From Octopus bimaculoides (lineage: Eukaryota), in contig NC_068985.1 in assembly GCF_001194135.2 (NCBI RefSeq), positions 53,638,188-53,702,187 on the forward strand: 64,000 nt of DNA, given 5' to 3'. Shown piece after piece: positions 1-11,393 of this stretch (position 1 is its first letter; each line of letters starts with the position of its first letter). Below the pieces are notes generated by a model. That model saw nothing but the letters and a program-made list of their open reading frames with translations. It did no database searches and was not told where the DNA came from. The position numbers were made by a program, and so were the translations under genes.

Positions 1-510
1 AGCATGGCTGTTCGTACACATGCGTCATACAGTCTGCTTTTTACCCTGAGTGAGAGTCCCTTTGTCGCCAGCAGACGTAAGAGCTCTCTAAACTTGGCCC
101 AGGCTATTCTTATTCTAGCAGTTACACTTTCAGCGCACCCACCCCCACTACTAACTTGGTCACCCAGATAGCGGAAGCTATCAACTACCTCTAGTTTTTC
201 TCCCTGGAATGAGATAGAAGTTGTTTCCTGTTTGTTTACAGTGTTTATTGCCCCTGAACATCTGCCACATACAAAGATTAACTTTGTAGTTAATCTGCCT
301 TTGATATTGCTGCACCTCTTATGTGTCCATAGCTTGCACCGGGTACATCTTATAGAGTTACTACCTACTCCTTTACTGCATTACCATTTTAACATTCACT
401 TTTCTCCATGTCTGCAAGGGTTCAAACATAATTCATTGAGGCAAATTTTCCATGGCCAGATGCTCTTCCTGTTTTCAAGCACAGTTATATTTCCCATGGC
501 CAGACAAGTT
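1..510 (-). mobile_element. RTE-clade LINE fragment (RT C-terminal region), degenerate
   Basis: The reverse complement encodes ...TKGLSLRVKSRLYDACVRTAML and ...VVDSFRYLGDQVSSGGGC-like text. It closely resembles the RTE copies at 53208-54390 and 55840-58207. It runs off the window start. Confidence 0.85.
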
Positions 511-843
511 TTTCAGAGAAAACTGGAAACCAACATCACTTGTGTGATGTTGATGCTCACTTACAACCATCATGATGCCAAAACAAGGCTACACAGAAAC
601 ATGCACACAAACACACACTAAGCTGCTTTCAGTTTTCCATTCACAAAGTTTTGGTTAGGCCAGTGCTACAGTAGAAGACTTTTGCTCAAGGTGCTGTGCA
701 ATGGGACTTGACCCAAAACTACATGGTTGAAAAGCAGGCTTCTTAAGCACACAGTATAACCTAACTTTAATTACTCTCTTCTTTTGTTGTAACTGTTAAT
801 TTAAGCAAAATAGAATTATATTTCTAGATATGTTCTCTTTCAG

Positions 844-1115
844 GTGTCCTAGTCATAAATACACTATTGTTCAATGAGCTGATACGTAAAGAAGCTTTAA
901 ATCAAATCAAGACTGAGTTTCAGAGTATATACCAGACCAATATTGAAGTTGAAGTCAATGTAATTCTCTATGTCTTTCCTGAAACTACGAATATACAGAC
1001 CACAGACTCCCGTATTCCTGCTGAATTAGTCAAGAGACTTCGACTTGTTGATAAATGTACCAGTCTAAATAGTACTGATTTAACAGAATCACTCAAACAT
1101 TTATCTATTTCCTAG
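844..1115 (+). CDS. METTL13: METTL13 (eEF1A lysine and N-terminal methyltransferase), terminal coding exon
   Basis: Acceptor ttctctttcag|G at 843/844, phase 1. Translates GVLVINTLLFNELIRKEALNQIKTEFQSIYQTNIEVEVNVILYVFP...LTESLKHLSIS*. This resembles the vertebrate METTL13 C-terminus as I recall it (GVFILNLVCRD...LKAVFPLLYVRRIEGEVNEILF...LSDMLKTVKIV). Upstream exons lie outside the window. Confidence 0.75.
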
Positions 1116-1973
1116 TATTGGCTTTTTTAGGGGATTAAATAAATAATTTTATCAATTCTTAAAATCACTTTTGTTTTTGTTTGATGTCTGTTTTTCACTA
1201 TTCATGATGCCTTCCTAACACCAACCACTTTACAATCTGTACTGGGTACTTTTTTCATACCACTGCAAGAATATTGACCTCAAGAGAGGTGACTTTATGC
1301 TAGGAGGGAAGGGGCTAGAGAAGAATAGGTTACTTGCTGTGAAAGGGTTACATGGCTACTCACAATGTAGAAGGTAGCCATGTAGCCCCCTTACATTTGT
1401 ATATTCTTTCAATTTCAACGTCTATTTCTCTGACTTAGATAGGGAATTGATTTTGGGGCAAGATTTTACTGCAGGATGCCTTTCCTGTCATTTACCTGTG
1501 TTTTTTTTTTTTTCGGGTATGGGATTTTTGTTCTTTTATTTTTAATACTCCACAGGTATTCAAAAGCACAGAACAACTGGTTTTATTAACAAGGAATATC
1601 TATGTTGGCACCATTATGCTTACATTGTGACAGAATATTAAAAATTTTGCACACACATACAACTGTATACATACATATACTGACCAAAGCCATGACAATA
1701 CTCCTCAACTGATGTGGCAGTAATATTGAGTTGAAGGAGTTGGCTTTAGCCAAGTGATGAGAGGTTAGAGTATCTTACAGGAATAGAAATAGTAGAGGAG
1801 ATATAGGACTACCCTAGTTGGAAAAGGAGAGAATACAAGGGGGTGCTGAAAAGTTCCTGGCTTTAAGGGTATCGTGAAACACCAGATTAGAGGCCCAACC
1901 TTCCCAGTTCTTTTACAAGGCTTAGAAAAACTGAAGGACCACTGCAATAAGTGTGTGAATCTGAGAGAGGAAT

Positions 1974-2271
1974 ATCATCATCATCATCGTTTAACGTCCG
2001 CTTTCCATGCTGGCATGGGTTGGACGATTTGACTCAGGTGGCTACACCAGGCTCCAATCTGATTTGGCAGAGTTTCTACAGCTGGATGCCCTTCCTAACG
2101 CCAAACACTCCGAGAGTGTAGTGGGTGCTTTTATGTGCCACCAGTATGAAGGCCAGTCAGGCGGTACTGGCGACGGCCACGCTCAAAATGGTGTATATTA
2201 CGTGCCACCTGCACAGGAGCCAGTCCAGCGGCACTGGCAGCAACCTCGCTCGAATGACTTTTCACGTGCCA
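1974..2271 (-). mobile_element. RTE-3'-tail interspersed repeat (truncated LINE end or LINE-tailed SINE)
   Basis: (ATC)n-GTTTAACGTCCGCTTTCCATGC... is the reverse complement of the (GAT)n-tailed 3' end of the RTE LINE at ~58020-58207. There are many other copies in the window (e.g. ~12830, ~27770, ~32210, ~38750, ~63455). Confidence 0.85.
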
Positions 2272-3653
2272 ATTGAATAAAATCATAATTAATTGATCCT
2301 CCTGTATTTTCCTTTACCCAAAGCCAGGAACTTTTCAGTACCTCCTCGTATGCAAAGGTACTTCTTATTTCTTAATGACTACAATGACTAAATATTTAGA
2401 AAATATAAAATTTATTTTCTTCCTAAAGATGAAGTGATATCAGTTTTTTAATGTGATGTGGGTCTGTAGTATCAATGTGAATGTTGAAAGGCTGTTTGAC
2501 GTGTTCACCACAATAAACAATTTGTTTGGTGTTGAAGCGGTTTTCAAATCAATGAAAGATCAAATCAGTTATCTTCATCCACTTTTTTCTTTTTCTTCTT
2601 TTTTTTCTTCACAGGAGAACTGAAAAATAAAATAAAAATAACAAATCTAAAATTAGTTGCTGAAAATTTAAAGAGATCTAAATTATAGCTTTCAATAATT
2701 ATTATTTGATAATTCTGTTTTATAAGAACTACAGAAATAAGATATTTGTCAAATAATCCTGTGATGTACACATCAGGAATTAAAGTTTATCTGTTCACTT
2801 CATTTGTGATCATGGAAATTCTGATTGTATGACTAAATAATATAATGGCTGTCATCTGATAGGACAGATACATTATAATGTCAGCCTACTTGAGAGGTGT
2901 ACAAGTGAGCTGAGAGAGGGGCTGCAAATTAATGGCATCAGTTAATGTATGCAGGAAGAAATGACTGCCTTGGTATGCAGATGTAACATGAATGAACAAG
3001 GAGCGGTACATGTGGTTTGTCAATTTACCTGTAGAAGACGTGAAGTCAGATCTCTGGATATTGGACTTCGCAGTTAGATGAAACATGACTGAAGACAAGC
3101 AGTAACATGCTGTGTAGTAACTCCTCTAACCAATGCCATATTAGAAAATGATGACAATAGATTGGTAAGAAACTCACAAGAGTAGGTCTTCAGAGAAGAA
3201 ACACCCAACTCATACAAGTGTTTCAGTCCTTAACTTCTTACATTCTAATGCCACTTGGATATCAGACTTGAGCATTTAAACCATATTGGAGATTTCATCA
3301 AGTTCTAACTCCTCTCCTGTCTGAGACTACTCTTGGTCCTAAGATACAAACTTCCAATTTGAAAATGAATCAAATTAAAACCTTCTACCAAAACTTCAAG
3401 TTAATTTATGTTCCAAACACCAGCTTAATTATTTTGAATGTGGGTACAAGACCAGAAATGCCACTAAGCATTTTGCCTGATGTACTAATGATTCTGCCAG
3501 CTCACCATGACAAAGTTATTTTACTGAAGTTTTCATTGCTTTCAAAATTAACTGAAACAAAGGTAGCGCATTTCAATAAAATTTGGAAACAAAAGGATTA
3601 AACACACATTCACATTCATATGACAAAATTCATAAGCAAATAAAATTACTATC

Positions 3654-4149
3654 TTACCTGCTGTCATTGATAACATCAAGTGTGTGGCCATTTATTTCAT
3701 GGTTTTCGATTTTTAACTTCTCACTGTCAGGACATACATCTTCAGATTCTACATCCCTATGTCTTTTCTTTGCCTTTTTATCTTGTTTTACAAGAGAGTT
3801 TGTTTCAATCCTTCTAATTAGTTTACCTTTCATGGAGAATAATTTAGGAGTTGAGTGTAAATCCGTAACTGTGAACTCTATCAAATTACTAACTCTAAAT
3901 GCATTAATGTTCCACGTAGCGTCATCACTAGATTTAATCACAGTAGCATTGAATAGTTCATGCACAACACACACTACGTGGCTGGCATAAATCTCTTTGA
4001 TGACACCCGTTAAAGTACTTCCAATTTTTGGCTGGAACAGAATGTAACTAATTTTCATCTTAAAATAAATAAAAGGTCGATCTCCTTGTATTCTTCCTTC
4101 AGAACTAAGCAATTTCAGGTCTTTATAAGCCAAAATTACTCCATTCAAA
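3654..4149 (-). CDS. POLR1F: RNA polymerase I subunit RPA43 (TWISTNB), coding exon 2 (terminal)
   Basis: Acceptor ttttttcag|T at 4150/4149 is phase 2 and completes the CG|T Arg codon from exon 1. LNGVILAYKDLKLL...LFQPKIGSTLTGVIKEIYASHVVCVVHELFNATV fits the RPA43 OB fold (human LLGVPIAYDNIKV...IFCPEPGQKLMGIVNKVSSSHIGCLVHGCFNASI). It has a basic KKAKKRHR tail. Confidence 0.9.
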
Positions 4150-4211
4150 CTGAAAAAATCAAATATTAAAATTAAATTGAGATATTAGTATAATTATTAT
4201 AATAATAATAA

Positions 4212-4540
4212 TGATGATGAGAAAGTCAATATGAGAGATACAGCAAAGTACCAGGACCTTGCCATTGAGTTACAGAGGTTATGGAAAGTGCAGGTAAAAT
4301 ATATTCCCGTAGTTATAGGTGCACTAGGAACAATCCCTTAAAGATTTGAACAGATGGAGATGAAATAGGCATAAAACTTAGTTTAGGGCAGCTCTAGAAA
4401 ACAGTGTTATTAGGGACAGATAGAATACTTAGGAAGGTTCTAAGCATCTAAGGTTACATGTTGTAGCCTTATGTTAGGAGGTTCTTTTTTTTTCCAACAG
4501 TTTAATCTGTAGTGCATATATGAAATAATAATAATAATAG
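4212..4540 (+). mobile_element. R4/Dong-clade non-LTR retrotransposon 3' fragment inserted in (TAA)n
   Basis: Translates KYQDLAIELQRLWKVQVKYIPVVIGALGTIP* and then, after a frameshift, EIGIKLSLGQL*KTVLLGTDRILRKVLSI*. This is the REL-endonuclease C-terminus typical of R4/Dong elements. (AAT)n runs lie on both sides. Confidence 0.75.
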
Positions 4541-4594
4541 AGATTTGAGAAGACTTGTTAACAAACCTCAAGAAAACATCCTAGGTAACTAAAA

Positions 4595-4811
4595 CCCTTT
4601 AACATTTAAACTGGCCATATTCAGCTCAAATAATCTACCCATTTTATGTTCAAAACGACCAGATCTAGCCTTTCACACCTACCCTACAATGTCATAAAAA
4701 TAAACAATTACATCATAGCAATCTCAAAGCTATGAAATAATGCATGATTAATTCAAAACAATATGAATAAATAAGCATTATATTTGATAGAGTAATCTGA
4801 ATGCTAAAGGA
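4595..4811. mobile_element. piggyBac-like MITE, degenerate copy
   Basis: Termini CCCTTTAACATT...AATGCTAAAGGA followed by TTAA. It is homologous to the copy at 29126-29328. Confidence 0.6.
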
Positions 4812-5143
4812 TTAAGAGAATATTAATTCTTTCTACTATAAGCACAAGGCCTGAAATGTGGAGGCATGGAGCTAGTTGATTACATCAACCCCAGTGCTTA
4901 ACTGCTACCAATCTTATTTTACTGACACCAAAAGGATGAAAGGTAAATTTGACCTCGGTAGGATTTGAACTCAGAACATAAAGAGCTAGAACAAATACCA
5001 CAATTCTCCAACACTCCATCAATTCTACCATTACCATGGAAGTATGCAATGAAGAGGACATTAGGACAGTTTACAGTTTGTTGAGAGGTTTACATAAAAA
5101 TACTGTACGGGAAACTTAGATAAAAATTATATATTATATACAA

Positions 5144-5492
5144 AGCGAAATCGTGATGGCACCTGTGCCCAGCGTAGCCTTCCTGGCACGTGTAAAGACA
5201 TTCGAGCGAGATCGTTGCCAGTGCCGCTGGACTGGCTCCTGTGCAGGTGGCACGTAAAATACACCATTTTGAGTGTGGCCGTTGCCAGTACCTCCTGACT
5301 GGCCTTTGTGCTGGTGGCACATAAAAGCACCCACTACATTCTCGGAGTGGTTGGCATTAGGAAGGGCATTCAGCTGTAGAAACTCTGCCAAATCAGATTG
5401 GAGCCTGGTGTAGCCATCAGGTTCACCAGTCCTCAGTCAAATTGTCCAACCCATGCTAGCATGGAAAGCGGACGTTAAATGATGATGATGAT
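5144..5492 (+). mobile_element. RTE-3'-tail interspersed repeat
   Basis: Ends GGACGTTAAA(TGA)n. It is highly similar to the copies at 6346 and 7313. It lies in the POLR1F intron. Confidence 0.85.
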
Positions 5493-5989
5493 ACAAAATA
5501 TATGAATACCTGGATGATGCAGTCCTAAGTAGGGCCAATCAAAGAACCCCACAAATCCAAGATCACTCACGCTTCTAAGGACACAATCCCTCCCTCAATC
5601 TACAGGCACATGCTTAGAGTAATTCAATTCACTCAAACCATTTTTGTGTCATTCACCTTTTAACAAATTTACTGAGGCAAATGCACTTTGCTCTCCATCC
5701 TCATTTTTCTTAATGAAGTGGAATTTAAGTTGATGAGGGCTTCACTGAAGAGGAAAGTGTCTGCTACCACATAACCACTTTCACCATAGCCACCAGACAG
5801 AGGAACACTGCCTGCCTCGCTGAAGATGGTGAGACAATCTACATGATGAGCTTGACTAACAGTCAGATCCATCCTACACAGTCAGATCCATCCTCTTACA
5901 AGTTAGCAATAATAATAGTAATAATAATAACACTAATATTAGATATTTCTTTTTCATTTTCAAATCAGTTTTTGTTGAAATTTCCATAT

Positions 5990-6320
5990 AAGTGCAGGTA
6001 TGGCTGTGTAATAAGCAGTTTGCCTCCCAACCACATTGTTCTGGGCTCACTCCCACTGTGTGGCACCTTGGGCAAGTGCCTTCTACTATAGCCTTGTGAG
6101 TGGGTTTGGTTGACAGAAACTGAAAGAAGCCTGTTATATGTGTATGTGTGTGTCATTGTCCCCCACCACTGCTTGACAACTGGTGTTGGTGTGTTTACAT
6201 CCTTGTAACTTAGTAGCTCAGCAAAAGAGAATGATACCATAAGTACCAGGCTTAAAAAGAAGATAAGTACTGGGGTTGATTAGCTCAACTAAAATTCTTC
6301 AAGGTGGTGCCCTACAGTCA
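5990..6320 (+). mobile_element. tRNA-derived SINE (CTTGGGCAAGTG central-domain family), degenerate
   Basis: Same family as 33549-33964: GGCTGTGT..TAAG..GTTTGC, GGCACCTTGGGCAAGTG, GGAAACTGAAAGAAGCC and GTAACTTAG blocks. Confidence 0.75.
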
Positions 6321-6345
6321 AATATCTGAAACATGTTAGATATGT

Positions 6346-6819
6346 AGCGAAATCGTGATGGCACCTGTACCAGTAAATCACTAAGAGCACCGTCCGAGCG
6401 TGATCATTGCCAGAGCACCAGCTGTCTGGCTTTCGTGCCGGTGGCACGTAAATAGCACCATTTGAGCATGACCGTTACCAACGTCGCCTTCCTGGCACTT
6501 GTGTCAGTGGCACGTGAAAAGACATTCGAGCGAGTTCGTTGCTAGTACCGCTGGACTGGCTCCTGTCCAGGTGGCACGTAAAATACACCATTTCGAGCGT
6601 GGCCGTTGCCAGTACCTCCTGACTGGCCTTCGTGCCAGTGGCACATAAAAGCACCCACTACACTCTCGGAGTGGTTGGCGTTAGGAAGGGCATCCAGCTG
6701 TAGAAACTCTGCCAAATCAGATTGGAGCCTGGTGTAGCCATCTGGTTCACCAGTCTTCAGTCAAATCGTCCAACCCATGCTAGCATGGAAAGCGGACGTT
6801 AAACGATGATGATGATGAT
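6346..6819 (+). mobile_element. RTE-3'-tail interspersed repeat, long form with internal tandem subunits
   Basis: It starts at the same AGCGAAATCGTGATGGCACCTGT boundary as the 5144 copy and ends in (GAT)n. GGCACGTAAA..CACCATT..GAGC.TG subunits recur internally. Confidence 0.85.
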
Positions 6820-7312
6820 CTGGCTCTTGTTTACCAAGAGAATAACTTTAATAGGTACCCTGCTCTATGATCTGATGGTTACTAAAGAAGCTTGCAGTAG
6901 ATAAATGGCTTGCGAAAGCTAACAAGCTAATGTACAGAGGTGCGGTTAGCAAGGTAAGTGTTAGTGATAGGTCTGGTGATGAATCTAGTGTGAAGGTAGG
7001 GGTGAACCAGAAAATAGTCCTCAGTCTCCTTTTGTTCCTCAAAACAATTCAAGAAGAGTTTAAGACCAGTTATCCACAGAAATTTCCATATGCTAACAAT
7101 CTAGATATACAGGTTGGCCAAAAGTCACCTGACAGTAACTCAATACCATTTAATTCTAAGATTTATTTATGTTTAACAAATGAATGAATTTAATAAAAGC
7201 ATCTAAATATGAAATATGATGAAAATTATTCAAACTGAAGTCCTTGAGCGACACGGTTTTCCATTCGAGTCAATACAGAATTACAGATAGTATTTATGGA
7301 ATTTTGATTTAT

Positions 7313-7471
7313 ACACTCTCTGAGTGGTTGGCGTTAGGAAGGGCATCCAGCTGTAGAAACTCTGCCAAATTAGACTGGAGCCTGGTGTTGCCATCCGGTT
7401 TCACCAGTCCTCAGTCAAATCGTCCAACCCATGCTAGCATGGAAAGCGGACGTTAAACGATGATGATGATG
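7313..7471 (+). mobile_element. RTE-3'-tail repeat, short 5'-truncated copy
   Basis: ACACTCTC.GAGTGGTTGGCGTTAGGAAGGGCATCC...GGACGTTAAAC(GAT)n. Confidence 0.85.
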
Positions 7472-7620
7472 TCGAGTGACTTTTGGTCAACCTTGTATCT
7501 GAAGTTGAATAAAAGAAATTTAGCAAAAGCCAAATTCTTAGTAAATACAAGAGAAGACAGAACCCTGCTACTATCAGGGAAACGACTATGTTCGATATGA
7601 AGAAAATAAGTAGAAATTCC

Positions 7621-7759
7621 GGCACTATCATGCTATTAGCTGTCAGAAGTGAAAGTGTTCACTGCTAGTGAAGTATCTGTCTGTCTGCCTGCCTGTTGCT
7701 GGCCTGTCGATTCTTTGGCTACTGACAGCTAATACCATGACTGGCCGGAGCGAGCTATA

Positions 7760-7800
<41 letters not shown>

Positions 7801-8260
7801 TACTCGAAAGTTATTGGAACAAATTTGACACCTATATCCATGCGTTTGAAAACACAACACAGAGTATAAGGGTACTCGCGTCCGCGCTAGCTAGTCGCGA
7901 GTGGTCGATCCTATTATTTTTAAACTTCAAACTTCATTTGTTTTCTATTTTGATAAATTCTCTCTGTTGAAAATTATATTTTTATATTTTAAATAATTTG
8001 CAATTTCAGGAAATATGTTTTTATATTAAATTTGTGTTTTCTACTCACGACTAGCTAGCGCGGACGCGCGAACTTTCGAGTAATAGATAGATAGAGAGAG
8101 AGACAGACAGACAGACATATAGCTCGCTCCGGCCAGTCATGGTATTAGCTGTCAGTAGCCAAAGAATCGACAGGCCAGCAACAGGCAGGCAGGCAGACAG
8201 ACAGATACTTCACTAGCAGTGAGCACTTTCACTTCTGACAGCTAATAGCATGACAGTGCC
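7621..8260. mobile_element. Foldback MITE with ~220-bp TIRs and 8-bp TSD (Merlin-like)
   Basis: It begins GGCACT and ends AGTGCC. The perfect direct repeat GAAATTCC sits at 7613-7620 and 8261-8268. Arms 7621-7903 and 8041-8260 are near-perfect reverse complements apart from microsatellite length and a ~64-nt insert at 7813-7876. GG termini plus an 8-bp TSD fit Merlin/IS1016, but the superfamily call is inference. Confidence 0.8.
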
Positions 8261-9073
8261 GAAATTCCTTATAGTGTATCCGGTGTAAACACAAGAATTT
8301 TACTGATTACAGGCAGATTAACGGAAAATGTAGACGACACATGTGTACGTGGCAGGTGTCACAGAAACCAAACATTAAGAGCACGCGAAATAGATAACTG
8401 CTGTGCCAATGATGCCAACTAATGCAGAAACATGTTTATAATATTGTCCTCTCATTCCAAATACACTACGTTTTAAAGACAAGATGATCAAGACTTGATT
8501 ACCTTTGATCACAGGCTTACTGGAACAGTGATAACCTAGGGTCAAACATCAATAACAATACTAGATCTTGTAGTCTCTGATACTCTATGTCTGAATCTGA
8601 ATAGAGGCTGTGATGGTCACGGTTAGAATAACTTTGATTATGGGTTTGCTCTATCAAGTTGGATAACGTAACCTTTGATTCACTGTTTGGCTAAAAGATG
8701 TGACAGTCACGACTGGAACACCTTAACTCATTGGTCTACCCTATCAAGACTGACCTGGAGAAAAAGAAATAAACGTCAGAATGTAGTCCTCGGCGTAGTA
8801 CGTTTCAATAAAAGACGTGACAGTCACGGAAGGAAGATCTTTGTTTACAAATTTACTTCATCACGATTCGCCTAGTGTTAAAACCCCATCAGATCTCTGT
8901 GATGAAAAAAAAAACTAATAATCAGAAACAAGTCATAAAACAAGGTACTTATAATCTCGAACAGCTTCGTGTCTAATAATTAAAAATGATGTGGAGTACA
9001 TAAGACTTAAAACTGCTTCAACAGAATAGGAAGAAATCGACAAAATACATGTGCTCGATTTCTGAATACATAC

Positions 9074-9252
9074 CGATGAGAAAATGTGTTGATTTCAGTA
9101 TTCAAACGAAATCGAATACCTTCGTTCAACTTTCCAATAAAAGCAGGCGGAATAGCTATTTCTTCTTCGCTGTCTTCTTGTATACATAGTGACGCTGGAT
9201 CATCTAAAAGTAATTTAGCTTTTTCAATACCTAACGCTAAATTATTAAACAT
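9074..9252 (-). CDS. POLR1F: RNA polymerase I subunit RPA43, coding exon 1
   Basis: ATG at 9252. MFNNLALGIEKAKLLLDDPASLCIQEDSEEEIAIPPAFIGKLNEGIRFRLNTEINTFSH matches the RPA43 N-terminal pattern (human ...HIALSPRYLNRKRTGIREQLDAELLRYSES). The donor CATCG|GTATGT at 9074/9073 is phase 2, matching exon 2. Confidence 0.85.
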
Positions 9253-10700
9253 GCTGGATTACAAAACGGAAGTAACTGTTTGAAATTATAGGAGAGCAGT
9301 AAATATGCTTGGCGACAAGGCTCAACAGTTAAAGATGTTATACTTGGTATATTTTACTTTTACGTTGTTGAAAATATTCAATAATACTGAAAATATTCAA
9401 GAAATAAAACATAAAATCAGAAAGAATGGCACTACTTATTAATTTGATGCTAGCCATAATGTTTTAATAAATGTGAAAATTCTATTTTTGTCCCTTTGAA
9501 AAGTGGTAGGGTTAAGTTACACATTTTAAGTAAAATAGACTATAGTTTTAGATTATGGTTATAAAAATCACAGGCATGTATAGATATATGTTTTGAGTGT
9601 GTGTAGAATTACATATCAGTATGAAAATGTATGAAGTTATATTATATTATATATTACATATATATTTTATACATTGTGTGATAAAAGTGTGTGGAGGTAT
9701 ATTTGCTGCTGAATACTTCCAGTGGAGCAGACAGTATGATTATAACGACAGCTGACGTATATATATTTCCTTTACACATGTCTATAGAAACAGGGGACAT
9801 TAGATAAGTTGCTGCTCTTTTATTTTTGCAATATCCATTTCATTTATTTTTGGCTATAAAATTGCTGCATATCACAATATGTAAACAAAGGAAAGAATAA
9901 AATTTTACATTGGAGGGCAGGATATTGAAGACCCCTCTTGTTTTTATTATAACTGAAACACGAAAACTCACGGCAAAAATGATTATTATAAAAATTATTC
10001 AAAACCCAAGCCCTAATTAAAAGAGAGAAACAAATTGGAAAATCACTGCTTTACACCGGACCGGATTCACTGAACTAATTGGGATTATTTTTTACCGAGA
10101 ATTAAATATTTCGACAAAGTGAATTTTTATTTTATTTCAATTTCATGTTTTTCCCCTAAGCTTATATATTATTGTATATGCATAACATGTGGAGAGCATA
10201 CGCCACTGAAGGAAATACCGGTGTATGTTATTGTTGACATTGTAAATTTCACAGTAAAGACTTTTTGCAGTCTGCTAGATGGACGATGTCTATCAAGTAA
10301 TTTGTTATAAAACTTATCCGCTGTGTATTAAAGTAATTTACACACATACATACACGCATGCATACTTGTAAATATATATGGAACAAACAAACGTGATGTT
10401 GAAAAGACGAAGGCATTAACCGAACGCATTAGTTTTTTTTTTTTTTAATGTCTATTTTATGAAATGCTCCCAATTTTACCTCTAAATTATTTATGAGGAA
10501 AAAATCAATGAAACTATCATCTTATTTGATATCATTTCCATCTAAAGATTTCTCTCTCACCGGTTCTGCCCATTGTATAATACACTGTATCCTTGAAAAA
10601 CAATATTATATTGTTAAAGTGGTGTGTTCACTGTATTAATTTCAAAATCCAATCCTTCAACGAAGTGGTTTGTTTTTAATATTGATGTTTTTTTGTACAG
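9253..10700. promoter_or_regulatory. Putative bidirectional promoter region (POLR1F / H6PD)
   Basis: The two start codons are divergent and ~1.47 kb apart. An ETS-type CGGAAGT sits at 9267-9273. The H6PD start exon is preceded by an acceptor (ttttttgtacag at 10700), implying an untranslated 5' exon in this interval. Confidence 0.5.
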
Positions 10701-10725
10701 AGGATATCATTTAGGTCTTCAAGAA

Positions 10726-11393
10726 ATGTTACTTAATATGAATTCTTGCCAGAACTTTCTGGCTGTAATATTCTTTTTATGCATCCTTCAAGCCGTGTCT
10801 ACCAATCAGTTTATCAGTGTTGTTTTGGTTGGTGCTACCGGAGATCTAGCTAAGAAATACCTATGGCATAGCATGTTTGAAACCTATAGAAACGGAATCG
10901 AAAATAAAGGTCCCTATTTTCTGTTCTTTGGGGGTGCGAGAGCAAATAGAACTTTTGGCGAAGACACTCTCATGAAAATAATTGACCGTTCTGTTACTTG
11001 TTACAATATGCAATGTGAAAGTCATAAGAGACGATTTATAACAGTTGTTAGGTATGTCCAGCTGAAAGTCGAAGAAGATTATGAAAATTTAGCCCATCAA
11101 ATGGCCCTTGACGAAGAAAGTCATTCCCCAGATAATCCCATTGCTGGTCGTATTTTTTATTTATCAACTCCGCCAGCCACATATGTGAAAACAGCTCAGC
11201 TTTTGCACAAACACTGTCGATCACATGTGGCTAACAGTTGGATACGATTAGTTCTGGAGAAACCCTTTGGCAACGATCGTAAAACTTCAGAAGCCTTAGC
11301 CTCGTCTCTTGAACAGTGGTACTCAGAGGAAGAAATCTACAGGGTTGACCATTACTTGCAGAAGCCTGTTGTTAAACAAATTCTACCATTCAG
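10726..11393 (+). CDS. H6PD: Hexose-6-phosphate dehydrogenase (GDH/6PGL ER bifunctional protein), coding exon 1
   Basis: ATG at 10726 (alternative 10738), then a hydrophobic signal peptide. It carries the NADP-binding VVLVGATGDLAKKYLW, RIFYLSTPP, RLVLEKPFG and EEEIYRVDHYLQK motifs. Donor TTCAG|GTAAGT at 11393, phase 2. Confidence 0.93.

Noticed and set aside
10624-10725. N-terminal 34 aa of the 257-aa ORF
   Set aside because: It starts at a non-ATG codon and crosses a splice acceptor at 10700. The signal peptide begins at ATG 10726 or 10738.
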